DNA of 64,000 nucleotides from Veleropilina oligotropha (Eukaryota): NCBI GenBank assembly GCA_048128005.1, contig JBEUKZ010000107.1, positions 248,001 to 312,000 of the forward strand, read 5' to 3'. Shown piece by piece: positions 50,704 to 60,227 of this stretch (position 1 is its first letter; each line of letters starts with the position of its first letter). The notes under the pieces were generated by a model. It saw only the letters and a program-made list of their open reading frames with translations, ran no database searches and was not told where the DNA came from. The position numbers and the translations under genes were made by a program.

Positions 50704-51135
50704 ATGAAATCCATGAAATCTATGCTACTGTGTATTGCCGCGGTGTGCTTTGCCGCGTGGGGTACCACCCAGGCGTCGTCGCGTGACACTGCATTAATTC
50801 TGGAACATACGTGGACTAGGTACCGAAATCATCCCAGGTATAACGCCCGATTTGACCCCTTACGTAGAAACTTGCTTCTTCGCCCGGGTAGAGACCCCAC
50901 CCCTGATGTCTCCCCACCGTCATGCCACTATTTTATTATCGGAGAAAATGACTGTAGCCCTGCCACACCACGAGATACTGTCACATGTGTCCAGTGTTCG
51001 ACCCCCTCGTTATGTCCTGGAAAAAATGGGGAGTATTATACCATGCTGTCTGGCTGCTTCGGTGTGTGGAGAAAAGTCGGACACATCTCACCCTGTAATT
51101 GTACTCTAGCAAGCGGTAACTATATATTCATATAA
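50704..51135 (+). CDS. Putative secreted Cys-rich protein (~143 aa)
   Basis: Signal-peptide-like MKSMKSMLLCIAAVCFAAWGTTQA; eight Cys in the C-terminal half. Confidence 0.65.
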   Translation: MKSMKSMLLCIAAVCFAAWGTTQASSRDTALILEHTWTRYRNHPRYNARFDPLRRNLLLRPGRDPTPDVSPPSCHYFIIGENDCSPATPRDTVTCVQCSTPSLCPGKNGEYYTMLSGCFGVWRKVGHISPCNCTLASGNYIFI

Positions 51136-51770
51136 ACCAGCTGTGACCTAACACATTTTCCAGGTCGATCCATTATCCGATTTATGAATGAAATACCTCG
51201 CAATGCATGTATCAATGGCCAGCCGGCTGTCTATCCAGTACAACCTATTCATAGCGTTTCGCTTCGCGTATCTCGGGATTCCTCCTAACCATGAAACAAT
51301 AGACGCCAGATAGCATAATTGGTTTCTCAGCGGTTATGAATAGAAGCAAGCGCTTCGCCTTTAGAAATATCTGGCTATGCCGAGTCTTTAGAAATATCTC
51401 GTCACGCCTATTATTCCATTGTTACTCTGCTCACAAGCAGCCAGGCTGACCCCGTTAAACATCGATTTTGTGAAATGCATTGCTGGTAGCACAGAAATTA
51501 TATGCAGCCGATACAGATTTAGCTTTTAGTGACCTAGTAAAAAAACGATTTTGGTCACCAAACAGTTTTCACTGGGTCACCAAAAGCTTCGACGTAAACA
51601 TGGGGACCATTTTAGAGCTGACATGACACTTTTTGAGCTGATCTAAGCAATAACGCTTCTCGAGAATGAGCACACTAGGTCAGCCACAGGCTATGAATAC
51701 ACCAGGCAGTAGCAAAGGAGGTCTCGACACGGATACAAACATACGCCAGGCCGGCCTGGGTAGTGGCCGC

Positions 51771-52029
51771 TGTACACACGGTAACTTTTTGTAATACAAT
51801 CACTACCCCGGGGGTCTGAACAGGTGCTGGGAGCCTTAATTTCCCTCGCCGCGCCCCCACATAAAAGGTATGGTCACCCCCCCTGCTGCTGCTGGTTTTA
51901 TGCCTGAAAAACTGCCCCTATTAGAGTACACTCACCCCCCCTTCAAAGGTATGGTCACCCCCCCTGCTGCTGCTGGTTTTATGCCTGAAAAACTGCCCCT
52001 ATTAGAGTACACTCACCCCCCCTGCTGCT
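51771..52029 (-). repeat. Right terminal inverted repeat
   Basis: Reverse complement of the left TIR; ends CCCCCCCTGCTGCT|ACATA. Confidence 0.95.
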
Positions 52030-53144
52030 ACATAACATCCTGCAATAATTATAAGTTGCAATTATCATTATTATATTATCAAAGTCATATATACTATATT
52101 AAACCCTATTTTCCTTTAACCGTTAGTTTCTTTTAATCATCATCTGGTATTACTTTTGGGACAAAACATAATAGACATCCGCTTATCATCCAAGCTATTC
52201 ACCCTATGTGTCTACTTTCACAAGCCTGTTCAGTGTTGCGTGTGGTATCCATTGTTATCGGGACAATTGAATGGAAGTGGTAATCAATGCAGCTTAATTA
52301 AAGAATGTTTCAAATGGACTAAAACAAAGTCTAAGATGAATGATCATTGACCTGAAAGTTTCATAAAGGGATATTGGTCATAGGAACTACCGATGACAAA
52401 TTAAGTTAGGTAAAATTATTATATCGAGAACATTTCATCATGTCGGTAGATAATAGTGTTTTGGTATCTGCCGATCGGCAAATTAAAAAATAGGCTTTCG
52501 TCGGCAAACTACCGACGATATAGGTAGAAGTGACAGGTATGACTGTCTGATCATTGTTTAAATATGACGTGTAAGTTTGTACCTTACTTAACAAATTTCG
52601 CACTATTTTTGTTTCTTTCATTGCCGTAGATCTTATGTTTATATTTATTCGATGATTTCAATATGTATCACGTCGATATCATATAGTTATCACGTCGATA
52701 TCATATAGTTATCCTCATTTTAATCCTCGGTGTTAAATATTTATAGAAAATGTAATAGAAAATTTTACCTAGTACACAGTACTGTCCTTTGGTCATTACG
52801 ACCTGACTCAGCTCAGTGTTCCTTTATAACATTTCTGCTTTGAATTCCTTTAGTCTTACACGTAGAAACTTTGCCATAAATGTTATGCGTTGTCTCTTCA
52901 TATGAGTAAATATTTGTACGTGTATATAATTTAGTACAGGGGAGTAGTTTTCACTTTAGTCTTATTATTTTTGCTAGTTCATTTTCATTGCAATTTTATA
53001 TGCTTATCCGTATTCTTCTTAATTATTGGGGTCTTCTTGATCATGAATGGCTGCAATAGTAGGCTCCGGTAAGGTTTGTTATACTAAATATGGCTGAGGC
53101 AGGCACAAATCACAAGTAATGAAGTTCTCCTATTCTTGTTGCAG

Positions 53145-53221
53145 GTCTGACGAGTATGTTCTGGTGTACATGACCTCCGCTGGCGACATTGTTGTTGAAA
53201 CAAATGTGGGATTTGGAATAT
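53145..53221 (+). CDS. Host gene exon 15 (LamG), downstream of the intron carrying the virus-like element
   Basis: gcag|G...ATAT|gtgag. Phase 2 matches exon 14 (AA+G = K); SDEYVLVYMTSAGDIVVETNVGFG. Confidence 0.8.
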
Positions 53222-53342
53222 GTGAGTATAAACTTATTTTTGCCATTAGGAGATCTAGAGTATTTAATGTAAATTTAATACTGGATACCCTTTACACAAT
53301 ATGTCTAGCTCCAAATGTTCAAATTAATATTTATTAATAGAT

Positions 53343-53738
53343 TTTTATGCCACCACCAATTTATTGGGGTGGCATTTAGATTTACTCTTGTCCGTCCCGT
53401 CCGTCCGTCCGTCCCGTCCCGTCCGTCCCGAAACCAGTATTTGCGTGTAAGCAACTCCAATCTGCTATAACTTCTATTTGCCTTCATGGATTGACTTCAT
53501 ACTTTGTACACTTGCTTATCATCATTCATCCTTCGCTTCTGCGACCCATCAATGTCGCCGTATGGCCAAGGTCAAGGTCAAATGACTTAGCTCTTCAAAC
53601 CAGTATTTGCGTGTAAGCAACTCAAATCTGCTATAACTTCTATTTGCCTTCATGGATTGACTTGATACTTTGTACACTGCCCCTATGGTCAAGGCTGCCA
53701 GTGGGGGCATTCGTGTCCGATGGACATATTTCTAGTTT
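53343..53738. mobile_element. Short HINE/DINE-like element
   Basis: TTTATGCCACC...GGTGGCAT, (GTCC)n, duplicated core, ends GGGGCATT...TTCTAGTTT. Confidence 0.6.
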
Positions 53739-54829
53739 TATTTTCTTTTTAATCAATCACTGTTTAAAAGATCAAACCTAATTCATGAACTGTATTTTTG
53801 TACTATTTTTAATACGACAGCTTTGATCGATGTGTTTTAAAATGTCAAATGATGTTTGATGTGATTTGAATAGGCTTAGTTTCATGACCACATATTTACC
53901 AGGTGTCACATGACAGCAGATTGCTGTAAACAGCCGGCAGCTCATACCACTGGTCCCTGTTGAGGCTGGGCTGGTTGGTCCGGATTTCGATGGCCTCCCT
54001 GATTTTATGGCGCCACCAATTATCTTCATGGGCCAGTATCATGGGGCAGCTTAAGGCAGTGCTCACCCACCGCTGTGATGTTACTCTTCTTGGCTTTGTG
54101 CTCTTTAAGTCGAGTATCCATGGCACGTCCCGTTTCACCCACATATTGTTTTCCACACCCGCATGTGATTTGATACACAACCCCACATTTTTGACCTTTT
54201 GGTGTTTTGTCCTTGGGGTGTACCAGTTGTTCTCGGATGGTGTTGTACGGGCTTATGATATATATTTACCCCATGTTCTCTGAAGATCATCTTCAACTTC
54301 TCAGACTGTCCCCTGACGTAGGGGATGGGAGCACTGGGAGTCGCCCCTCTGTTGATGTGTTTGGAAGTATCGTTAGGTGGTCTGCTTTTGGGGATCTTCA
54401 GAGCCCATTCTAGATAGTCGTTGGTCCTGAGTGCCCGCCAGACATGGTCTTTCTCCCGGTCCTCTTCAGTCATCACCAGTTGGTCAGCCCTGTGTAGGAG
54501 GGTGCATACAACGGATCGTTTGTGTTGTAGGTGGTGGTTTGACTTGAAGTTCAGGTACTGGTCTGTGTGGGTTGGTTTGCAGTAAATGGTGACTTTGGTG
54601 GTGCCGTCCTCATTGATATGGACACATGTGTCCAGGAACGGGAGCTTGTCATCCTTTTCCAGCTCAAAGGTGAATGTGATATTGGGGTCCAGGCTGTTTA
54701 GATGTTGAGTGAACCCGTCGACATCGTACTCATGGTTCTCCGTGAAGGTGTCGTCGACGTAACGGAGCCAGATTCTTGGTGGGTGAGGTGCCGTGGCTAA
54801 CGCATGTTGCTCGAAATGCTCCATATAGC

Positions 54830-56086
54830 CAGTGTTTGTAACTCGTCGGGTTTTCCGACAAAAATCGGATTCAGACAATTTTGTAGGATATCGTCGGATT
54901 TGCGTGATTTTGTGTCTTCTGCGTCGGGATTTGATACATTTCCCACTAACTTTAAAATTATTACCATTAAAATACAAATACTAGTACGTAAATACTCCGT
55001 ACATTCCATATGCCAAATATTACGATAATTGTGTTCCTGTTATTTAATCAAACTTGATTTTCTGACATCGTACAAGGGCCGATTTGTACAAGGCTTCTGC
55101 CGTACAATTTCCCGATGCTTTTTGTTTGTCCGTCTTTTCCCGATGAATCTTTGTCAGCTCGTTTACTTCCGTAATCAAATCATTACCATTGAAACAATGC
55201 TCGGGGAAGAGTGCTTTCGTGGTTACCTCCCCTGACAGCACGCTATTTTAAGCTGGAGTGAAAGTTCGGCGATTCAATGTAACATCAACCTATTCCGTTA
55301 TCGAAAACTTTACTTAAAATTATAAAGCATCGTCTCTCACATGAAATAAAAAAATGTACAATCATAAGTCAAAATTTAAAAAATAAATTTATTTAACACT
55401 CTCTCGCGTGATAATAGGTCCATGCGCGAATTTGAAAGCTGAAGTAAAAATGGGTTTACACTCCTGCTGGGCCCCGTTTCACAAAAATCGTAGGCGTAGT
55501 CGTAAATGTAATAGAATCTTACGACAATTTTTGATTGGCTGTTTAAGTTTAACAGCCAGTCAAAAATTGTCGTAAGATTCTATTACGTCTACGTCTACGA
55601 TTTTTTGTGAAACGGGGGCCCAGCGCCAGATTTATTGAAGACGGTCGACCCAAATGGTGGTTTGTATGGTGATTGGATTGTGAAAAAGACTCATTTAACG
55701 TAACTTGTGTGTTTTGTATGTCAAATATATGCATTAAAGAGGGTGAAAAGGCACTTTACAATTAAATTTTGATGTGTGGTGTCGCAATAATTGTACAAAC
55801 ATATCAATACCGAGTTGAGCTTGGTTGCAGAAGTTGTGAGCATTACATGTATTACTGCGTTTTGGTAAGAAAACAGCAGAAATGAACCATTTAATTGAAA
55901 AACTTTAATGTGCATGTGCTAACCTTGAAAAATATATAAAATTTTGTACTAAGTATTTGAGTGAAATATGCCTGAAGTGCCAGGAAACACCATTTTATAA
56001 GGTATAATTGTCAAAATTCACCGCGGGGAACCATGGGCCCCGCGGTGAAAAGTAGGATATTTATGTTGTCAATGTTACAAACACTG
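54830..56086. mobile_element. Non-autonomous hAT-like TIR element, copy B
   Basis: Same TIRs as 5664-6888; 6-bp TSD TATAGC at 54824-54829 and 56087-56092; splits the Penelope RT frame. Confidence 0.88.
55470..55620. mobile_element. Fold-back MITE (Harbinger-like) nested in copy B
   Basis: GGCCCCGTTTCACAAAAA...TTTTTGTGAAACGGGGGCC flanked by CTG/CAG; absent at the equivalent position (~6308) of copy A. Confidence 0.75.
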
Positions 56087-56474
56087 TATAGCGGTTAGCT
56101 ACATTAGGGGACACTGGCGAGCCCATGGTGACCCTGTGTTTCTGTTTATGGTAATTGCCGCTGGATATGAAGTAGGTGGTGTTGAGAGAGAAGGCTAGTA
56201 GTTCAATTATCTGTTTTTGTGTCATGGGGGTGCGATCCGGTAAGGAGGGGTCATGTTGTAATCCTTCTTTTACGATCAGTAGCGTTTCTGGTATCGGGAT
56301 ACTGGTAAAAAGGGGCACTGACATCGTAGGAGACTAACTTTCTTCCCGGTGGTACTTCCAATCCCTGGATCTTATTAATAAAATCATCACTATTTTAATG
56401 TGGTGGGGAGTATTGTTTACAGCAATCTGCTGTCATGTGACTCCTCGTCACATGACTGAGGGTGACGTCACAAT

Positions 56475-57026
56475 ACCTAGCTTCAAACCCTGACTCCCAA
56501 AGGTAACTATCATTATTATCCACGCAATAACATGGCTGCCTAGCTTCAAACCCTGACTCCCAAGGTAACTATCATTATTATCCACGCAATAACATGGCTA
56601 CCTAGCATCAAACCCTGACTCCCAAGGTAACTATCATTATTATCCACACAATAACATGGCTACCTAGCTTCAAACCCTGACTCCCAAGGGTAACTATCAT
56701 TATTATCCACGCAATAACATGGCTACCTAGCTTCAAACCCTGACTCCCAAGGTAACTATCATTATTATCCACGCAATAACATGGCTACCTAGCATCAAAC
56801 CCTGACTCCCAAGGTAAATATCATTATTATCCACACAATAACATGGCTACCTAGCTTCAAACCCTGACTCCCAAGGGCAACTATCATTATTATCCACGCA
56901 ATAACATGGCTACCTAGCTTCAAACCCTGACTCCCAAGGTAACTATCATTATTATCTACGCAATAACATGGCTACCTAGCTTCAAACCCTGACTCCCAAG
57001 GTAACTATCATTATTATCCACGCAAT
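56475..57026. repeat. ~59-bp tandem repeat, ~9 copies
   Basis: Unit TACCTAGCTTCAAACCCTGACTCCCAAGGTAACTATCATTATTATCCACGCAATAACATGGC. Confidence 0.93.
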
Positions 57027-59576
57027 GGAGTCCAGTATGAACATACATAGTGGGCACATATTTACCATTTTTCAGTCGTTCCTGTAGTCTGAACCTAGGC
57101 CATAATATTGTCTGGCATTGTTCATACAATGATATTACGGCGAGCTTCGTTACTCAATGCTGTATAACGTCAGACTTGGTTCATGAATATTGATTCCACC
57201 ATTCAAGAAGTCCAAGTCAACGGAGACCTTATATTTGCTGTCACATTAACTCTTTTAGCATTTAATCCGGTTTCGAAATGACGTCATTATGTTTACACCG
57301 GCCGAACCCGCTCGCTATTTTAAATTTTGTTCTCAGGATACATAAAACCTTTATGGAACCTCGGATGTCGCGTTTGCGAGAGTTTAACGAGAGCCAGTAT
57401 GTCGCCATTTGCAAATCGCAGAAAACTCGCTGAAAAAATTGTTTCAAGCATATTTTTTCGATTAAAAGTCATTTTTACCTGAGCGCAAATGCTGTATGTT
57501 TATCGGAATGAATATTAACGACTCCAAATCGGATTTGGATGGTATTTTAGTAGAAAATGTTATCGAAGCGATGGAAAATGCGACGGAGGATGAACTTGAC
57601 AGATAATTTGACATCGATGTTTTGAACTTAGACAGTGATGAAGGTAAACCGAATTGCGGAATAGCAAAGCGACTTTAAACGAACAGAACCATGAGGACGA
57701 CATTTTGACCAGGGTGTGACCTCTGAGTGGTATCGCGGAAGTTTTACTTGAATTTTTAATACTGCACTTTACAGTACGGCCTGGACCAACGCATACGTAA
57801 TCGGTAGACGCAAAGTTTCTAAATTATTTTTCTTTTCCAACCAGAATCTTTTTGGAAAACAAATAGGTAGGCAAACGAAAGATCGACAATAGCCCAAATA
57901 CAAGATGGTGGCCACCAACCGTCAACGGCAGGTGCCTACTTGCTTCAAAATAAGTACCATAATATGATAGGTAGGCCTATTCAAAAACTCCCATTATAGG
58001 AATTCAAATTAACTCTCTTGTAGTTCCATGATTCTCTATCAAACTAATTTAATAAGCATTATGTAATGATTATGCTGTTATTGATAAGATATTTATTACC
58101 TGTAATATGTTTTACCTGTAATTATTAAATGTCTAAGTATAATTTTTAGATTTCATTGGCATGCCAAAAGGTCAATATACACTTTCATTATGTTTCTTCA
58201 TGCCAAATTATAAATATTGCTGTTGTTCAGCTGTTTATTTGCTTTGAATTGACATAAAGGCACTGAGAATATCATATGCCTACATGTATTACCAAAACCT
58301 GCAATTAAAAACTATGATACCCACTGGCATGGCCAGTTATTTTTTTTATAATTTCTTAACTAATATGTGTGCCATTAGAATTTCATGGATATTTGATATA
58401 ATGATGTTATCAGTATTGTGTGGATTCTGGCACATCGGAAACCTCGAGTGACGTCGTAGTTATCTGCCGCAAAAACTACGACGTCACGAGAGGTTTCCGA
58501 TGTGCCAGAATCCACACAATAACTGATAACATTTTTATTATATGCCACAACAAGTTTCTTATTAAATTGAATCGAAAGATTATGGTAATTTTAGTCACGA
58601 ATCTGTAAGGGAGGTTGAAATAGTATAGGACTATATTGGAAGTAGTTCCTACAATTTGTCAGCCATTTTGAATATATAAGCAGGAGACGTTTTCTGAATC
58701 GATATCAGCTGTGTCCGTGATACAGGGTCTCGGAAAACTGCTCGGAATAGGCGTCGGAAAACGACTGGCATATAATAAAATACAATAACACAAGGACTTA
58801 TATAATACTTTTATTTTAATTATCCCCCGCGGCTTCCGAAGGAAAAAGCCGAAGGGGGATATAGGGATAGCCTCCGTCCGTCCAGTCACACTTTTGGTTA
58901 AAGTTTTTTGATGAGGTATTGCATGCATTTAATGCATGAATAACTCGATCAAACCTATTCAGATGGAAAGTAGACATGTTTAGCTAGTTGGAAACAAAAA
59001 CGATATTTTTTATTTATTTTGTGAATAAAGAGCACTTTGAACATGGACATTTCTCGGTTAAAGTTTTAGGTTAAAGTTTTTCTTTGAGCATATATCGATT
59101 GCTCAAGGCACATTTTGACATACATAAGCTTTAGTAATGGTTATATGGATGTGACCTGATACTCTGGCAATGATTTACGTTATAATTTTATATAAATAAT
59201 GCATAAATTGGTGTTTTGGGACATAGAAATTTAGTTAAAAGTTTCTGGTTCAAGTTTTTCAAAGAGTGCATGTAGTTTGCTTATGGCACATTTTTATCCC
59301 CCGTGGCTTCTGAAGGAAAAAGCCGAACGGGGAAGCAGCAGGGGGGGTGATTGGACTTTTTAGAATGGGAAAATACAGCGCCCAGCCCTATTTCAGAACT
59401 CAGGGTAGCTCGGACTAGTCAGCAGGGGAGTTTAGACTAGGGCCCCGGGGCGACCGGGAAGGCTCCCAGCTATATTTCAGACCCCAGGGTATATCGTGTA
59501 TTACAAAAAAGTTACCGTGTGTACAGCGACATAGAGCCCCCAGGGACGGCCCACTACCCTCGCCGGCCCGGGCTCC

Positions 59577-59777
59577 TCAGTTATGCGAGCAGTAGCAGGG
59601 GGGGTGAGTTTGATTTCGTGCAACTCCCTTTCTACCGTCTTTGGTCTTCTTCTTATATATCGCTTGTTCACCATTGTCGAGTACAACGATCAAAACGTTA
59701 TAGCCCCGGTTTAAGAGGTTTTTAACGCGCCTGAAGCTCCGTTCGCTGTACAGCGTAATAATGTCTTCCTGTGGCAT
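59577..59777 (-). CDS. Small basic protein at the same position as 36761-36982 in copy 1
   Basis: MPQEDIITLYSERSFRR...; upstream sequence shared with copy 1, body unrelated. Confidence 0.45.
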   Translation of the reverse strand: MPQEDIITLYSERSFRRVKNLLNRGYNVLIVVLDNGEQAIYKKKTKDGRKGVARNQTHPPCYCSHN

Positions 59778-59903
59778 GTTGCTTTCAAGTATAACTACAC
59801 AACGTCTAACATGCCGGTTATTTCTCACCGTGCACCGGGCTCGATATCTTAGTGTCATAATATCTATTAGAGACTGGTATATACAATGATAACCGCTATC
59901 AAT

Positions 59904-60179
59904 ATGTGGGGAACGGACACCTGTCAATGGCTCACCATCAGCTCCACGGAACTATGTGGTAAGAGATGTCTGAACACGTATTGCAAAGTCCATCTGGCTC
60001 GGCAACGGCGAAATGGCCGGGGCACAAAACCCTGCAGCAAATGCGGGAAGGGCGTTTTCAACCGGCTTACGTTGTGTAAGGGCTGTGGGTATAAGAGTGA
60101 GAACGGTATGGACTGGCAACGAAAGAAAAGGGCCTTCGAGAGAGAGTTTCTCCGCATGGCTGCAATTTACCACGCGTAA
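59904..60179 (+). CDS. Zinc-finger protein, counterpart of 37132-37419
   Basis: MWGTDTCQWLTISSTELCGKRC..., all core Cys retained. Confidence 0.8.
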   Translation: MWGTDTCQWLTISSTELCGKRCLNTYCKVHLARQRRNGRGTKPCSKCGKGVFNRLTLCKGCGYKSENGMDWQRKKRAFEREFLRMAAIYHA

Positions 60180-60227
60180 ATTTCATATTAGAGAAGTAAA
60201 GATCCTAGTGTGTACCCCCCCAGCAAC

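Larger units (their letters stand above)
36487..52029. mobile_element. Complete integrated Polinton-like virus / Maverick-related element (copy 1, 15,543 bp)
   Basis: ~260-bp TIRs with 5'-AG...CT-3' ends; 5-bp TSD ACATA at 36482-36486 and 52030-52034. GC-rich, intronless and gene-dense, with integrase, ATPase, capsid-like and polymerase-helicase genes. Confidence 0.95.
35895..52541. mobile_element. hAT-like MITE (same family as 15453-16748, opposite orientation), split by the Polinton-like virus
   Basis: TIR CATACCTGTCA (35895)...TGACAGGTATG (52541); 8-bp TSD ACTGTCTG at 35887-35894 and 52542-52549. Both halves match the reverse complement of the 15.5-16.7 kb copy. Confidence 0.9.
53895..56445 (-). 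mobile_element. Decayed Penelope-like retroelement (RT + GIY-YIG), interrupted by a hAT-like insert
   Basis: SLF/PLFTSIP, MGSPVSP.VAN.Y|MEHFE, RYVDD, LPFLD, KPTHTDQYL; frameshifted GIY-YIG region; REAIEIR...LNRD. Confidence 0.88.

Noticed and set aside
36487..52029. Bacterial or phage contamination, or misassembly
   Set aside because: Clean TSD, insertion within a host MITE that has its own TSD, and host exons in matching phase on both sides.
54135..54977. 280 aa ORF as a single gene
   Set aside because: Chimeric: the first ~50 aa come from the inserted hAT-like element and the rest is the Penelope RT remnant.
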